Of a stretch of DNA of 64,000 bases, positions 39,115-48,470 are shown piece after piece. The stretch is from Chlamydiota bacterium (GTDB taxonomy: Bacteria > Chlamydiota > Chlamydiia > Chlamydiales > RGXB01). How positions within the stretch are numbered: position 1 is the first letter of the stretch; each line of letters begins with the position of its first letter. The position numbers were made by a program, and so were the translations under genes. The notes below the pieces were generated by a model that saw nothing but the letters and a program-made list of their open reading frames with translations, searched no databases and was not told the origin of the DNA. The stretch covers positions 75,922-139,921 of the forward strand of contig CANLTW010000002.1 of NCBI GenBank assembly GCA_947494155.1, read 5' to 3'.

Positions 39115-40212
39115 ATGGAAAATGGTAAAAAACGGCTAGTCCTTATCACTGGAGCCGGAGGGCGTATTGGTAGAGCTGTTATCAAGCGAATCGCCGATCA
39201 GTTCAAAGTGATTGGATTTGATCGCTCCAGTGCCATCTTTTTTTCTGAGGATCAAGAGATTATTCCCCTTGACGTTTCCAATAAAGAATCAATGGTCTCC
39301 ACTTTCAATAACATCAAGCAAAAACATGGCAACAAAATCCACTGCGTTATCCATTTGGCCGCCTACTATAGTTTTGAGGACAATTCCCAATTCAAAAAAT
39401 ACCAAAAAATTACCGTTGAGGGAACACGGCTTTTATTACAGCTATTGCAGAGCTTTGAGGTGGATCAATTCATGTTTTCCAGTACCATGCTTGTTCACAA
39501 AGAGACCCCCGTCGGAAAAAAAATCACGGAAGAGGATCCGCTTTGCCCCTACTGGAACTACCCCAAATCGAAAATTATCACTGAATCGGTGATCCAAGAA
39601 GAGAAGGGCTCCATCAAACAGGTCACAATTATCCGCATGTCCGGGATCTATGATGATCAATTTCATTCGATTCCTCTATCAACTCAGTTGCAAAGAGTTA
39701 TGGAAAAACAGCTTTTGGCTTTCTTCTACCCAGGTAAACGAACTCATGGAAACCCGTTCTTACACATGGATGATTTAGTAAATATGATTTTACTTACCAT
39801 GGAAAAAGCCTCCTCTCTTCCAAATTTTGTCACTTTTTTAGCCTCTGAAGACAAATCTTTTTCCTTTATTGAGCTTCACCAAAGAATGAGCAAAGCTTTG
39901 TTTGGTTACAAATTCCCCCTTATATGGGTTCCCAAATTCGCTGCGAAGATCGGCTCCTTCTTTTTAAGAAACTCCTTCATAAAACCATTTATGATTGATA
40001 TCGCGGATTTGCACTATGATTGTGATTGCAGCAAGGCGAAGAATTTATTGGGTTGGAAACCCCAACATTCTCTGGATAAAAAACTTGAGCAATTGATCGC
40101 CTGGGCAAAAAATAACCTTAGAGATTTCTATCGGGAAAATAATCTTATAGTTCCAAGTAGTCTTGAAAAACAATGGAGTCGTGAAGATGCTCAAAAAAAA
40201 CCACCTCGCTAA
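39115..40212 (+). CDS. NAD(P)-dependent epimerase/dehydratase-type SDR
   Basis: The Rossmann motif is ITGAGGRIGRAV and the catalytic Y-x3-K is NYPKSK. The extended-SDR length is 365 aa. Confidence 0.85.
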   Translation: MENGKKRLVLITGAGGRIGRAVIKRIADQFKVIGFDRSSAIFFSEDQEIIPLDVSNKESMVSTFNNIKQKHGNKIHCVIHLAAYYSFEDNSQFKKYQKITVEGTRLLLQLLQSFEVDQFMFSSTMLVHKETPVGKKITEEDPLCPYWNYPKSKIITESVIQEEKGSIKQVTIIRMSGIYDDQFHSIPLSTQLQRVMEKQLLAFFYPGKRTHGNPFLHMDDLVNMILLTMEKASSLPNFVTFLASEDKSFSFIELHQRMSKALFGYKFPLIWVPKFAAKIGSFFLRNSFIKPFMIDIADLHYDCDCSKAKNLLGWKPQHSLDKKLEQLIAWAKNNLRDFYRENNLIVPSSLEKQWSREDAQKKPPR

Positions 40213-41476
40213 AGAGACTCACCACAAAAGTTGGTATTTTCTGGTTACGCTGTTTCTAGGATTTTGGCTCCTTTTTACAGTGGATATGCTTGGCATCTCT
40301 CAGTCCGAGATCGTCTCTAGTGATCGTATCTGTGGCGTAATTGCCATCGTCGCCTCATTTTTTGCCCTAAGAGGGGGGGCTTTTTCTCCATGGGTGATTG
40401 GATTCACCGGCGTCTATCTCCAACTTGCCCCTATGCTTTTTTGGGCTAAAGATTCCTCAGCTTATTTGAATGATACAGTTTCCGGGATCCTTTTGATCCT
40501 TTTCAGTCTTATTTTCCCGGGAATAAAAGGTGTGATGGATGAGGATAAAGGGCAAATCCCCAAGGGCTGGTCCTATAATCCCTCTTCTTGGGTCCAACGG
40601 TTTCCCATCCTTGTTTTTGGAACCATAGGTTGGTTTGCTGCCCGTTTGATGTGCGCTTACCAACTTGGATATATTGATTATATCTGGGATCCGTTTTTTG
40701 TAGACGGGACGGAAAAAGTGATCAGTTCTGATATCTCCAAATCTTTCCCGCTCCCTGATGCGGGGTTAGGTGCACTAGCCTACTCTCTTGAGGTTCTTTT
40801 AGGGCTTAAAGGGCGTACCGCAAGGTGGAGAACTATGCCTTGGCTCGTTGTGGGATTCTCTTTTTTGGTCGTCCCTTTGGGTCTAGTCAGTATTGTTTTA
40901 GTCATCTTACAACCCCTTATTGTGGGTGCATGGTGTAGTCTTTGTCTACTAGCCGCCTTCTGTATGTTATTGATGTGTATGCTCACTTTGGATGAGGTCG
41001 TGGCTGTTACACAACTTCTCATCACCGCCTACAAAGAGGGGCATTTAGTGCGCACTTTCTTTAAAGGGACGTATCCGGAAGGGGTGTCTGATGATTTGGG
41101 AGCGGAAAAATTCCCCCCATCTCTCAAGGAGTTTCTTGTTGAAATGGTACGTGGTGTAACCTTTCAGCCCTACCTTATCGGATGCACGCTTTTGGGAATT
41201 TTTTTCATGCTTTCCCCATTTTTATTCCAATTTGAGGGATTGATAAGCGATTTTTCTCACACTCTTGGTGCCTTAATTGTTGTAGTCTCTATTTTGAGTA
41301 TGGCGGAAGTAGCGCGCAAAATTCGAAAACTCAACTTTGTTTTGGCTTTGGTTTTGGCAATCTGCGTTTTCTTTTCTGGTTTGGATCTAATAACCATGGG
41401 TCTTTTGATTTTGGCATCCGTCGCTCTTGCTGTTTTGTCTATACCTGAGGGAAAACTTCAAGAAAGATACGGTTGA
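40187..41476 (+). CDS. Polytopic membrane protein with SPW-type repeats and a VKOR-like core carrying a CxxC
   Basis: It has GGAFSPWVIGF (SPW repeat), a loop plus helix PLPDAGLGALAYSLEVLLGL, and a TM helix GAWCSLCLLAAF (CxxC at 40934-40945). The ATG at 40187 lies 26 nt inside the SDR gene. The ORF-track TTG start is 40163. Confidence 0.6.
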   Translation: MLKKNHLAKETHHKSWYFLVTLFLGFWLLFTVDMLGISQSEIVSSDRICGVIAIVASFFALRGGAFSPWVIGFTGVYLQLAPMLFWAKDSSAYLNDTVSGILLILFSLIFPGIKGVMDEDKGQIPKGWSYNPSSWVQRFPILVFGTIGWFAARLMCAYQLGYIDYIWDPFFVDGTEKVISSDISKSFPLPDAGLGALAYSLEVLLGLKGRTARWRTMPWLVVGFSFLVVPLGLVSIVLVILQPLIVGAWCSLCLLAAFCMLLMCMLTLDEVVAVTQLLITAYKEGHLVRTFFKGTYPEGVSDDLGAEKFPPSLKEFLVEMVRGVTFQPYLIGCTLLGIFFMLSPFLFQFEGLISDFSHTLGALIVVVSILSMAEVARKIRKLNFVLALVLAICVFFSGLDLITMGLLILASVALAVLSIPEGKLQERYG

Positions 41477-41496
41477 GCCGAGGTTTCAAAAAACCG

Positions 41497-41545
41497 CTAC
41501 AGCCCCTTTTCTTTGGGATTTTTAAAGACAAAAAAGGGGCTATAG
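41497..41545 (+). terminator. Long hairpin after the VKOR-like gene
   Basis: The arms are ctacagcccctttt (41497-41510) and aaaaggggctatag (41532-41545), giving 14 bp with 1 mismatch and a 21-nt loop. The large loop makes terminator function uncertain. Confidence 0.5.
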
Positions 41546-41614
41546 TTTAAAATCACAAACGATTTTATTCTAGAATCCTCTTTAAACTTAAAATCTTAAT
41601 TTTAGGTCTTATAG

Positions 41615-41686
41615 GGAGGTGTAGCCAAGCGGTAAGGCAGAGGTCTGCAAAACCTCCACGCGCCGGTTCAAATCCGGCCACCTCCT
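41615..41686 (+). tRNA. tRNA-Cys (anticodon GCA)
   Basis: A cloverleaf folds by hand: acceptor ggaggtg/cacctcc, anticodon stem gaggt/acctc with loop ctGCAaa, and T-arm gccgg-ttcaaat-ccggc. No CCA is encoded. Confidence 0.9.
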
Positions 41687-41724
41687 TTACACTCCTCTTT
41701 TAAACATTTAAGTCTGGGTCTAAC

Positions 41725-42522
41725 GTGCTTTATCTTGTAGCGACTCCTATTGGCAACCTCTTAGACATTACCCTGCGCGCAATTGAGGTTTTACAATCTG
41801 TGGATCTCATCCTTTGCGAGGACACAAGACATTCCACCCCACTTTTAAGACACTATAAAATTCATGCACCCTTAATTTCCTACGAACAGTTCTCAGAAAA
41901 AAGCAAACTCCAAAAAATTTTAGAAGCGCTTGAATCGGGAAAAAAAATAGCACTAATCAGCGATGCCGGGACTCCTGCCGTTTGTGACCCGGGTGCTTTA
42001 TTAGTCAAAAGCTGTATTGAAAGAAACCTTGCCGTCGAATCGCTTCCCGGTGCCGCTGCCCCTATAGTCGCCTATTCCCTTTTAGGAACCATGAAACCAT
42101 TCCAATTCCTTGGTTTCTTTCCAAAAAAACTGGGGGAACAGCAGGCGGCTTTCAAACAAATGCAATCTTATGATGGTGTGACACTTTTTTTTGAGAGCCC
42201 CCATAGAATTTTGAAAACAATAGAAAATATCCCCTTCAAGTGTAAGATTACCCTTTTTCGTGAGCTGACAAAAAAATTTGAGGAGCGCCTGCAGGGTTCT
42301 AGAGAGGAGATTTTAGCTCTATTAAAAAATAAAGAGCATTTAGGAGAACTTGTGGTGGCTTTAGAACCAGATGCCCTATTGTCTCAAGATGAGGATGCTT
42401 TTATTTTTGCTCAACATCTTGTCACTAAATATGCTCTCCCCATAAGTGTTGCGGCAAAAATAGCCGCAGACCAGTACGAGGTGAAAAAACAACCGCTTTA
42501 TGAAAAGCTGCATCAAATCTAG
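41725..42522 (+). CDS. rsmI: 16S rRNA (cytidine1402-2'-O)-methyltransferase
   Basis: The N-terminus LYLVATPIGNLLDITLRAIEVL...CEDTRHS is typical, and SDAGTPAVCDPG is present. It uses a GTG start. Confidence 0.9.
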   Translation: MLYLVATPIGNLLDITLRAIEVLQSVDLILCEDTRHSTPLLRHYKIHAPLISYEQFSEKSKLQKILEALESGKKIALISDAGTPAVCDPGALLVKSCIERNLAVESLPGAAAPIVAYSLLGTMKPFQFLGFFPKKLGEQQAAFKQMQSYDGVTLFFESPHRILKTIENIPFKCKITLFRELTKKFEERLQGSREEILALLKNKEHLGELVVALEPDALLSQDEDAFIFAQHLVTKYALPISVAAKIAADQYEVKKQPLYEKLHQI

Positions 42523-42552
42523 AAATTTAGCACTTTTTTTTAGCTCTATTAC

Positions 42553-42777
42553 CTAGATTCTTTTACCCTTTTTCTTCATTCCCATGGGCGAACCGTGAAT
42601 CGGGCGCATTTGTTGAAATTTATCCAAGTCCTCATTTGCCCCATGAAATTTGTTGGCTCCCATGTTTTTGTGATGCTCATCCATGTGCCCCTCTTTCATC
42701 TGCCCCATGCGCTGAGGGTTTAGCTCTTTTTGCCCCTCTTTAATCCATTTGGAAATATTGGATTTATACTCTTTCAT
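42553..42777 (-). CDS. Small His/Met-rich hypothetical protein (74 aa)
   Basis: The ORF carries repeated M/H clusters (MGQMKEGHMDEHHKNM, HGSPMGM). It has no signal peptide and no motif I recognise. Confidence 0.4.
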   Translation of the reverse strand: MKEYKSNISKWIKEGQKELNPQRMGQMKEGHMDEHHKNMGANKFHGANEDLDKFQQMRPIHGSPMGMKKKGKRI

Positions 42778-42907
42778 AACCTATTTACCTCTAACGTGTT
42801 GCAATAAAATTTTTAGCCTCTCTTAAAGAGGTCTCTAAAAATTTGATAAACTATTTCCCTAAAAAAGTAAAATAATTTATATATAAAATTATAGACAAGA
42901 GGGAGCC

Positions 42908-43309
42908 ATGCCAAGAAGAACTCACCGACAAGAGCATACAAGAAAAAAAGCCATCCGTTCAGGGATGAAAGCTGAGACCTATCTTCCTTTCACTGAAGAG
43001 GAAGAGATTGTGATTACTGGCGAGGTTCTCCCTTTTATCCTGACCCATTTTTTTCCCAAGGATAAACAAAAACAGATCCGCCGTTTCATTCATGAGCTTA
43101 AGGCAGACAAGAAAAAAAGGGCAAAAAAACATGCCAAAAGGGCCGATTCTTTAGAAGAAATCGGTTGTTATCGGGATGAACACCCTTTACATAATACTCA
43201 TAGCAAAATTCTTAACAATCGTAAGGAGAGCGGGTTGGCCCGTTCCAAAAAGATTAATAAATCTCTTACTACCCATAAACAAGAATATAAGGGCAAAAAA
43301 AAGAGATAA
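42908..43309 (+). CDS. Highly basic hypothetical protein (133 aa)
   Basis: The SD gagggag lies 3 nt upstream of the ATG. The termini are Lys/Arg-rich (PRRTHRQEHTRKK..., KKKRAKKHAKR, KGKKKR) around a short hydrophobic or acidic core. Confidence 0.5.
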   Translation: MPRRTHRQEHTRKKAIRSGMKAETYLPFTEEEEIVITGEVLPFILTHFFPKDKQKQIRRFIHELKADKKKRAKKHAKRADSLEEIGCYRDEHPLHNTHSKILNNRKESGLARSKKINKSLTTHKQEYKGKKKR

Positions 43310-43352
43310 CTTCTCTTGATTTAGCCCCCGATATGGGGCAATATAGAGGCGT

Positions 43353-44186
43353 ATGCTTCGCGTTGCCCATATTAGTGATCTACACTTTTTTTCCTACCCC
43401 AAGTCGCTGGTGGGCTATCTGGGAAAAAACGGGCTCGGGGTATTAAACCATCTATTTTTTAGAAAAAAAATTTTTCATTCTCGAATTTTTAAAAATCTTT
43501 TGACCGAGATTCTGGAACAAAATATCCAGGAGCTGTGGATTTCGGGCGATATCAGTGTTTCGGGAACTCTAGAAGAATTTGCTTATGCTAAAGGGGAATT
43601 ATCCCCCTTTATTCACTCCCCTTTGAAGATTCGTTTGGTGCCGGGCAATCATGATGTAAGGAGTAATTTGCAACACTCTTTGGCACAACTTTTTTTAAAC
43701 AAAGAGCGCTTTTCTCCTGTAGAGACAATATCCATTCATCCCCTAATTGATCTTATCTGTTTGGACTTGTCCCACAACAATAAAAAAAGGGACTCGGGCC
43801 TTTTTTGTAGCTCTTTAGAAGAAACTTTAGAATCCCACCTACTTGCATCCCAAAAACCGCAAATCGCTATTTTGTGCCACTATCCGCCTCCTATTGCGGA
43901 GGGAAAAAACAACCGCCTAGTGGGAGGCTCCAATCTACAAAAAATTGTTGAAGCCCACCCAAAAATTGTCCTTTTTGCCCACGGTCATACCCACCAGCAG
44001 TCGCTTCATCACCTGCACAATACGGTAGTTGCAAATCCGGGAGTCTCCCGAGGAAGCTTCGGTCGGTATAATTTTTATGAATTTGGCCCAAAATCTTTAA
44101 AAGTAGAACTGCGTCGCGTCGAGAAAAAAAATTCAGACGAGGCCTGGAAAAATGATAGGGTCTATCTTAAAGAGATCCACACATGA
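43353..44186 (+). CDS. Calcineurin-like metallophosphoesterase
   Basis: Motifs are HISDLH, SGDIS, GNHD and AHGHTH. The substrate cannot be inferred from sequence alone. Confidence 0.85.
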   Translation: MLRVAHISDLHFFSYPKSLVGYLGKNGLGVLNHLFFRKKIFHSRIFKNLLTEILEQNIQELWISGDISVSGTLEEFAYAKGELSPFIHSPLKIRLVPGNHDVRSNLQHSLAQLFLNKERFSPVETISIHPLIDLICLDLSHNNKKRDSGLFCSSLEETLESHLLASQKPQIAILCHYPPPIAEGKNNRLVGGSNLQKIVEAHPKIVLFAHGHTHQQSLHHLHNTVVANPGVSRGSFGRYNFYEFGPKSLKVELRRVEKKNSDEAWKNDRVYLKEIHT

Positions 44187-44599
44187 AGCCTTGGTACGTA
44201 TCAGGAGTAGGATTCAAGTGCACAGGTTGTGGGTATTGTTGTGCAAAAGAGCCGGGGGCTGTTTTTGTCAGTGACGAAGAGGTTCTGAAAATGGCTTCTA
44301 AATTAAAGATCTCAAAAAAAACTTTTTTAGAAACCTATACCCGTAAGCTCCATGGTCGAACCGCCCTTTTGGAGCACCCAAATTTTGATTGCGTCTTTTT
44401 GAAAGAAAGCCGCTGCACCCTTTATGAGGCTCGCCCGAAACAGTGTAAAACCTACCCTTTTTGGCCCGAAATCTTTCGTTCAAAAAAAGCTTTCGAAAAC
44501 GAAAAAATCCGTTGTGAGGGGCTAGATCACCCCGAAGCAGACCACTTTACATTTGAGCAAATCCGCTCAAATATCCATGGGGAATCCACCTCAAGCTAA
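44183..44599 (+). CDS. YkgJ/UPF0153-type CxxCxxCC zinc/iron-chelating domain protein
   Basis: It carries CTGCGYCC, with later Cys residues at NFDCVFL, CTLY and QCKTYPFWP. Its start overlaps the upstream stop (ATGA). Confidence 0.8.
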   Translation: MKPWYVSGVGFKCTGCGYCCAKEPGAVFVSDEEVLKMASKLKISKKTFLETYTRKLHGRTALLEHPNFDCVFLKESRCTLYEARPKQCKTYPFWPEIFRSKKAFENEKIRCEGLDHPEADHFTFEQIRSNIHGESTSS

Positions 44600-44644
44600 G
44601 ATTTTTCTTTTTGTTTTAATCCTCTTTGTTGTTAAAACCCAAAT

Positions 44645-46117
44645 ATGCAAAGAATTCCATTGGTCCCGTTCGGAACGGCAGGTTTTCGTGGCCCTATGAA
44701 AGAGGGTCTAGATGGGTTGAATCTTGAAACGGTACTGAAGTTTGCTCAGGCTACAGCGCTTTGTTTACAAGACTCTACAAGTAAAAAATTTGTCATTTCT
44801 TATGACTGTCGCCACCATTCCAAAGAGTTTGCTCATGCTGTAGCGCACGTCTTTAGCGGAAACGGTTTTGAGGTGCACATCACCGATACTTTAATGCCTA
44901 CCCCTTACCTCTCTTTTTTATGCCATCATTTAAACGCTTGTGGCGGAATTATGATCACCGCATCGCACAACCCTAGCGGTGACAACGGAGTTAAAATTTA
45001 CGAAAGTTATGGCGGGCAATTTTTAGCTCATGAAAAAACATTACTCGAATGTTTAAAAAAATCTGACCCCGTAAAGCTCTCGTTTGAAAATATCCATTTT
45101 GTGGATAAAAAACATATCGATGAGTACTTTTCTATAGTGGTAAAAGTTTTAAATAAACCGTTTGATCCTTTGAGAAAAGAGCTCAAAATCGTCTACTCCC
45201 CGTTTAGTGGCTGTGGTTCTACCCTGATACCCGAATTTTTACGCAGAACCGGTTTCACCTCCTTCTCTTTGGTCGAAAAACAGTTGCCTTTTGATCCCGA
45301 TTTTGCAGGGTTTAAAAAACCCAATCCCGAAGATTCCAATAACCTCTACCTCGTACAACAGATGATGGGGGATCTCGATGCTGATCTGGGGATTGCCACA
45401 GACCCCGACGCCGATCGAATCGCATTTTTAGATAAAAAAACCCTTTTTACGGGCAATCGCATAGGTGCGATGGTGCTGGAGGCTCTTTTAAGGTCGGGAA
45501 AAAAAGGGGATGTTCACACCTCGTTTGTCTCTACAAACCTCGTCGACGCTATGGCAAAAAAATATGGGCGTAAAGTTCACCGCTATAAAACCGGATTTCG
45601 TTATATCTCCCAGGCTCTTCATGAAAATCCCGAGGGGTTTCTTATGGGATTTGAGGAGTCTATTGGTTACCTAATAGTAAAGGGGGGGTCATTGGATAAA
45701 GACTCTCCTCACATGGCACTGTTTGTAAGCGAAATGGCGCACGATCTCAAAAAACAGGGAAAAACCCTCACCGATTTTAGTGAAGAACTCGATTCCATTT
45801 ATGGAATTTTTAGGGAAGACCAGGTCAGCCATGAGCTCAAGGAGGGGCAACAAGGGGCCGATTTTGTCGAGAATAGGGTGCTTAAACCCACTATTGCGAT
45901 GCTTGGGAGTAGAAAAGTCTTACACAAAGGGGTGCATCCTGAGATGGGGATTGTCGTGATCGAACTTGACTCCTTACAGATTTTAGTACGTCCCTCCGGC
46001 ACCGAACCCAAAGTGAAATTTTACCTCAAATTAGGGCCGTTTAAAGGGACAATTCCAGAGGCAAAAGCCTACCTTGCTGAAGTAGCAGCTGCAATAAAAG
46101 AGCTTTTTTCGCACTAA
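44645..46117 (+). CDS. Phosphohexomutase (phosphoglucomutase/phosphomannomutase family)
   Basis: The active-site loop is TASHNP, the metal loop is ATDPDADR, the sugar loop is GFEESIG, and the phosphate-binding motif is RPSGTEP. Confidence 0.9.
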   Translation: MQRIPLVPFGTAGFRGPMKEGLDGLNLETVLKFAQATALCLQDSTSKKFVISYDCRHHSKEFAHAVAHVFSGNGFEVHITDTLMPTPYLSFLCHHLNACGGIMITASHNPSGDNGVKIYESYGGQFLAHEKTLLECLKKSDPVKLSFENIHFVDKKHIDEYFSIVVKVLNKPFDPLRKELKIVYSPFSGCGSTLIPEFLRRTGFTSFSLVEKQLPFDPDFAGFKKPNPEDSNNLYLVQQMMGDLDADLGIATDPDADRIAFLDKKTLFTGNRIGAMVLEALLRSGKKGDVHTSFVSTNLVDAMAKKYGRKVHRYKTGFRYISQALHENPEGFLMGFEESIGYLIVKGGSLDKDSPHMALFVSEMAHDLKKQGKTLTDFSEELDSIYGIFREDQVSHELKEGQQGADFVENRVLKPTIAMLGSRKVLHKGVHPEMGIVVIELDSLQILVRPSGTEPKVKFYLKLGPFKGTIPEAKAYLAEVAAAIKELFSH

Positions 46118-46125
46118 AATGAGAG

Positions 46126-48249
46126 TCAATCCTCTCCCCTGTTCAATTTAGAAGAATATTTAATGCGGCTATGTCGGCTGACGTACAAGGTATGAATCAC
46201 TACCTTTTTCACTGTCTCCAGCTCCTTGAATGAGATATCCGAATCGGAGAATTGATCCATTTTTATTTTCTGGCTGATAAGTCGAGAAACGAGGTCTTCC
46301 ACATTTTTTTCATTGATCTCATCCAAAGACCTTGAGGCCGCCTCAACTGTATCACAAATCATCAAAACAGCCGCCTCTTTCGTTTGCGGTTTGGGCCCAG
46401 GATAGGTAAAGAGGTTTTTATCTACCAAATCCGCATTCCCTTCTCTAAGCTCCACCTCTTTTTGATAAAAATAAGACACCATGGTGGTACCATGGTGCTG
46501 CTGTATCATATCGATGATAATTTTCGGGAGCTTATGCTTTTTAGCCAGCTCTACTCCCTCGTGAACATGGGAAATAATCACCATGGCGGACTCGGTAGGA
46601 GCCAAAAGCCTATGGACATTAAAATCGGCAAATTGGTTTTCGGTGAAGTAGTTTGGATTGAAGAGTTTCCCGATGTCATGAAATAGGGCCGAAACCCTGC
46701 ACAAAAGACCGTTAGCGCCAATAGCCAAAGAGGCAGCTTCTGCCAAAATACCCACCATAATCGAGTGCTGATAGGTTCCGGGAGCCTCAAAACAAAGCCT
46801 GCGGATCAGCTCGTTATTCGGATCCATAAGCTCCATGAGTCTTAAGTCGGTCATCACATTGAAAGCGGTTTCAAAAACGGGTAATAAAAGGGCGATTAAC
46901 ATCGCCTCAACCATAACTAAAAGTAAAGTGACAAAAAGGTCATAAAAAGTCGACATCTGCAAGAAGCTTGAAGTGATGAGATTTGCCCCTAAAATGATGG
47001 GCACGCAAATACACCAGAGGAGTAAACAGACCTTGAATACCTCTTTACGTTTGCTGAGGGATTGACTAAAAAAAATTGCAGCCAATGAGGCTACATAGTT
47101 GATAAGGAGAAATCTCCCCTGATCTACCGCAAGTGTCAATCCGATCGTGATCGTAAGAAAAAACGACGAAAATAGGGCGACTTGCTTGTTCAATAAAATA
47201 GATATGAGTATTGCTGCAAAAGGGACCAAAACCGGAAAGCGGATATAATCGGTAAGATACTGAGCATTTTCGACTAAAAAGTACTCGATCACCTTTGCCC
47301 CGCCCAGGGTTAAAAAGATGATGGTTGCATATAGAGACAGACTCAAAGAGGAGTAGTAAATTTTTTTATGGTAGAGGCGGAAATATCTTGCAATCAGTAT
47401 GGTCAACAAAAGGGCGATAATCCCGCTACCTAAAAGCGTGTTCCATGAAAAAAGATTACGACTCTCCTGAATCTGTTTTTTCATCTCAGCAAGCTGCCTG
47501 ACATGCCTATCGCTTACAGTATCACCTTCAGAAATGATCAAAGAACCTGCTTTGACAGAGGTGTTTTTCCCCTCTACCAGAGCCTCAATGTGTGTACGAA
47601 ACTTTCGGAGTTCCTCGTAGTCCACTTCAATGTTCCAATTTTTGAAGAGGGCATACCTCTGCACAACCAAATCGATCGCTTCCTTAGATTGCCCCCCCCC
47701 TTTTTGGAGCTCTTCACCCAAAAAAATGGGCCAAAAATCGTTTGATAGGGTGGGATTTGAGGGATCGATTGGGACCTGGATCATCCCCTGGCACATGTAC
47801 TTTGACTCGCAAGCTTTTCTTACGGTTCTCTCGTCGGTAATTTTTATTTTACCCAGCTCTTCAGCCAGATTTTCTATAGTCTGGTAGATCTCTTCGAAAG
47901 TCGCCGAATTGTTCCCTCTCCAATTTTTATTTTTAATAAAATACTCTTCGACTTGGGATCGGGCCTCTTTGATCGATTTAGGATCAATTTGGTAAACAGA
48001 ACTAATATCAGACAACGCCTCTTGGCGCAAAATGAGAGTCGCCTCCTCATCGGGGAAAGAGAAATCGACTTGGGCAACAATATAGCTCGAGGCCTTTGCC
48101 TCAATTTCTAAAGCCTCGACCCGCACTTCTCTAAAATGTATAAAAGCAAAGAGTATCAAAAAAAATACACTTGCAATTATGAGGCGCAACCCACGACGGT
48201 TTTCCTTCAAACCCTCGCTAATGGACCGCATCCATCGTCTCATTTGCAT
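46126..48249 (-). CDS. 7TM-receptor HD-domain (PgpH/YqfF-type) phosphohydrolase
   Basis: It has an N-terminal extracytoplasmic domain, then about 7 TM helices, then an HD domain (HSIMV...ALFHDIGK...QHHGTTMVSYFY). Confidence 0.85.
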   Translation of the reverse strand: MQMRRWMRSISEGLKENRRGLRLIIASVFFLILFAFIHFREVRVEALEIEAKASSYIVAQVDFSFPDEEATLILRQEALSDISSVYQIDPKSIKEARSQVEEYFIKNKNWRGNNSATFEEIYQTIENLAEELGKIKITDERTVRKACESKYMCQGMIQVPIDPSNPTLSNDFWPIFLGEELQKGGGQSKEAIDLVVQRYALFKNWNIEVDYEELRKFRTHIEALVEGKNTSVKAGSLIISEGDTVSDRHVRQLAEMKKQIQESRNLFSWNTLLGSGIIALLLTILIARYFRLYHKKIYYSSLSLSLYATIIFLTLGGAKVIEYFLVENAQYLTDYIRFPVLVPFAAILISILLNKQVALFSSFFLTITIGLTLAVDQGRFLLINYVASLAAIFFSQSLSKRKEVFKVCLLLWCICVPIILGANLITSSFLQMSTFYDLFVTLLLVMVEAMLIALLLPVFETAFNVMTDLRLMELMDPNNELIRRLCFEAPGTYQHSIMVGILAEAASLAIGANGLLCRVSALFHDIGKLFNPNYFTENQFADFNVHRLLAPTESAMVIISHVHEGVELAKKHKLPKIIIDMIQQHHGTTMVSYFYQKEVELREGNADLVDKNLFTYPGPKPQTKEAAVLMICDTVEAASRSLDEINEKNVEDLVSRLISQKIKMDQFSDSDISFKELETVKKVVIHTLYVSRHSRIKYSSKLNRGED

Positions 48250-48470
48250 AATTTCATTGTACCAACCCCCACTATTTAAAGAGAAGCTTGATACCTGTCG
48301 AAAAGCAATTCTTTTATTTTTTTGGGTATTTTATTATTTTTATTTATAATTTAGGGGGAGGTCAAATAGGTGTCTCTACTATTTTTCACTGACGCGCGTG
48401 CAAAAGAGTTCGGCAAAAGCTTAAAATCTAAGTTCTTTAGAAAGTAGAAATCGGTTAAAATCCAAGAACT

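Noticed and set aside
38982-39185. A 67-aa minus-strand ORF in the murF/SDR divergent region
   Set aside because: It overlaps the SDR start codon region and has no SD. It is an AT-rich intergenic artefact.
41477-41724. tRNA-Cys, and tRNA-His at 55767-55840, as possible integration sites for mobile elements
   Set aside because: No integrase or recombinase is present, there is no direct repeat of the tRNA 3' end nearby, and the flanking genes are ordinary housekeeping genes.
43353-44186. The metallophosphoesterase as a chlamydial LpxG-type UDP-diacylglucosamine hydrolase
   Set aside because: Only the generic calcineurin-like motifs are visible, and I see no membrane anchor. I cannot discriminate the substrate class by eye, so I left it as a generic family call.
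48340-48470. Possible SRP (4.5S) RNA upstream of dnaX, a common position in other bacteria; gacgcgcgtgc recalled part of E. coli 4.5S
   Set aside because: The conserved domain IV elements (GGAAG...CAGC/GGCAG symmetric loop) are absent on both strands, and no long helix can be drawn.
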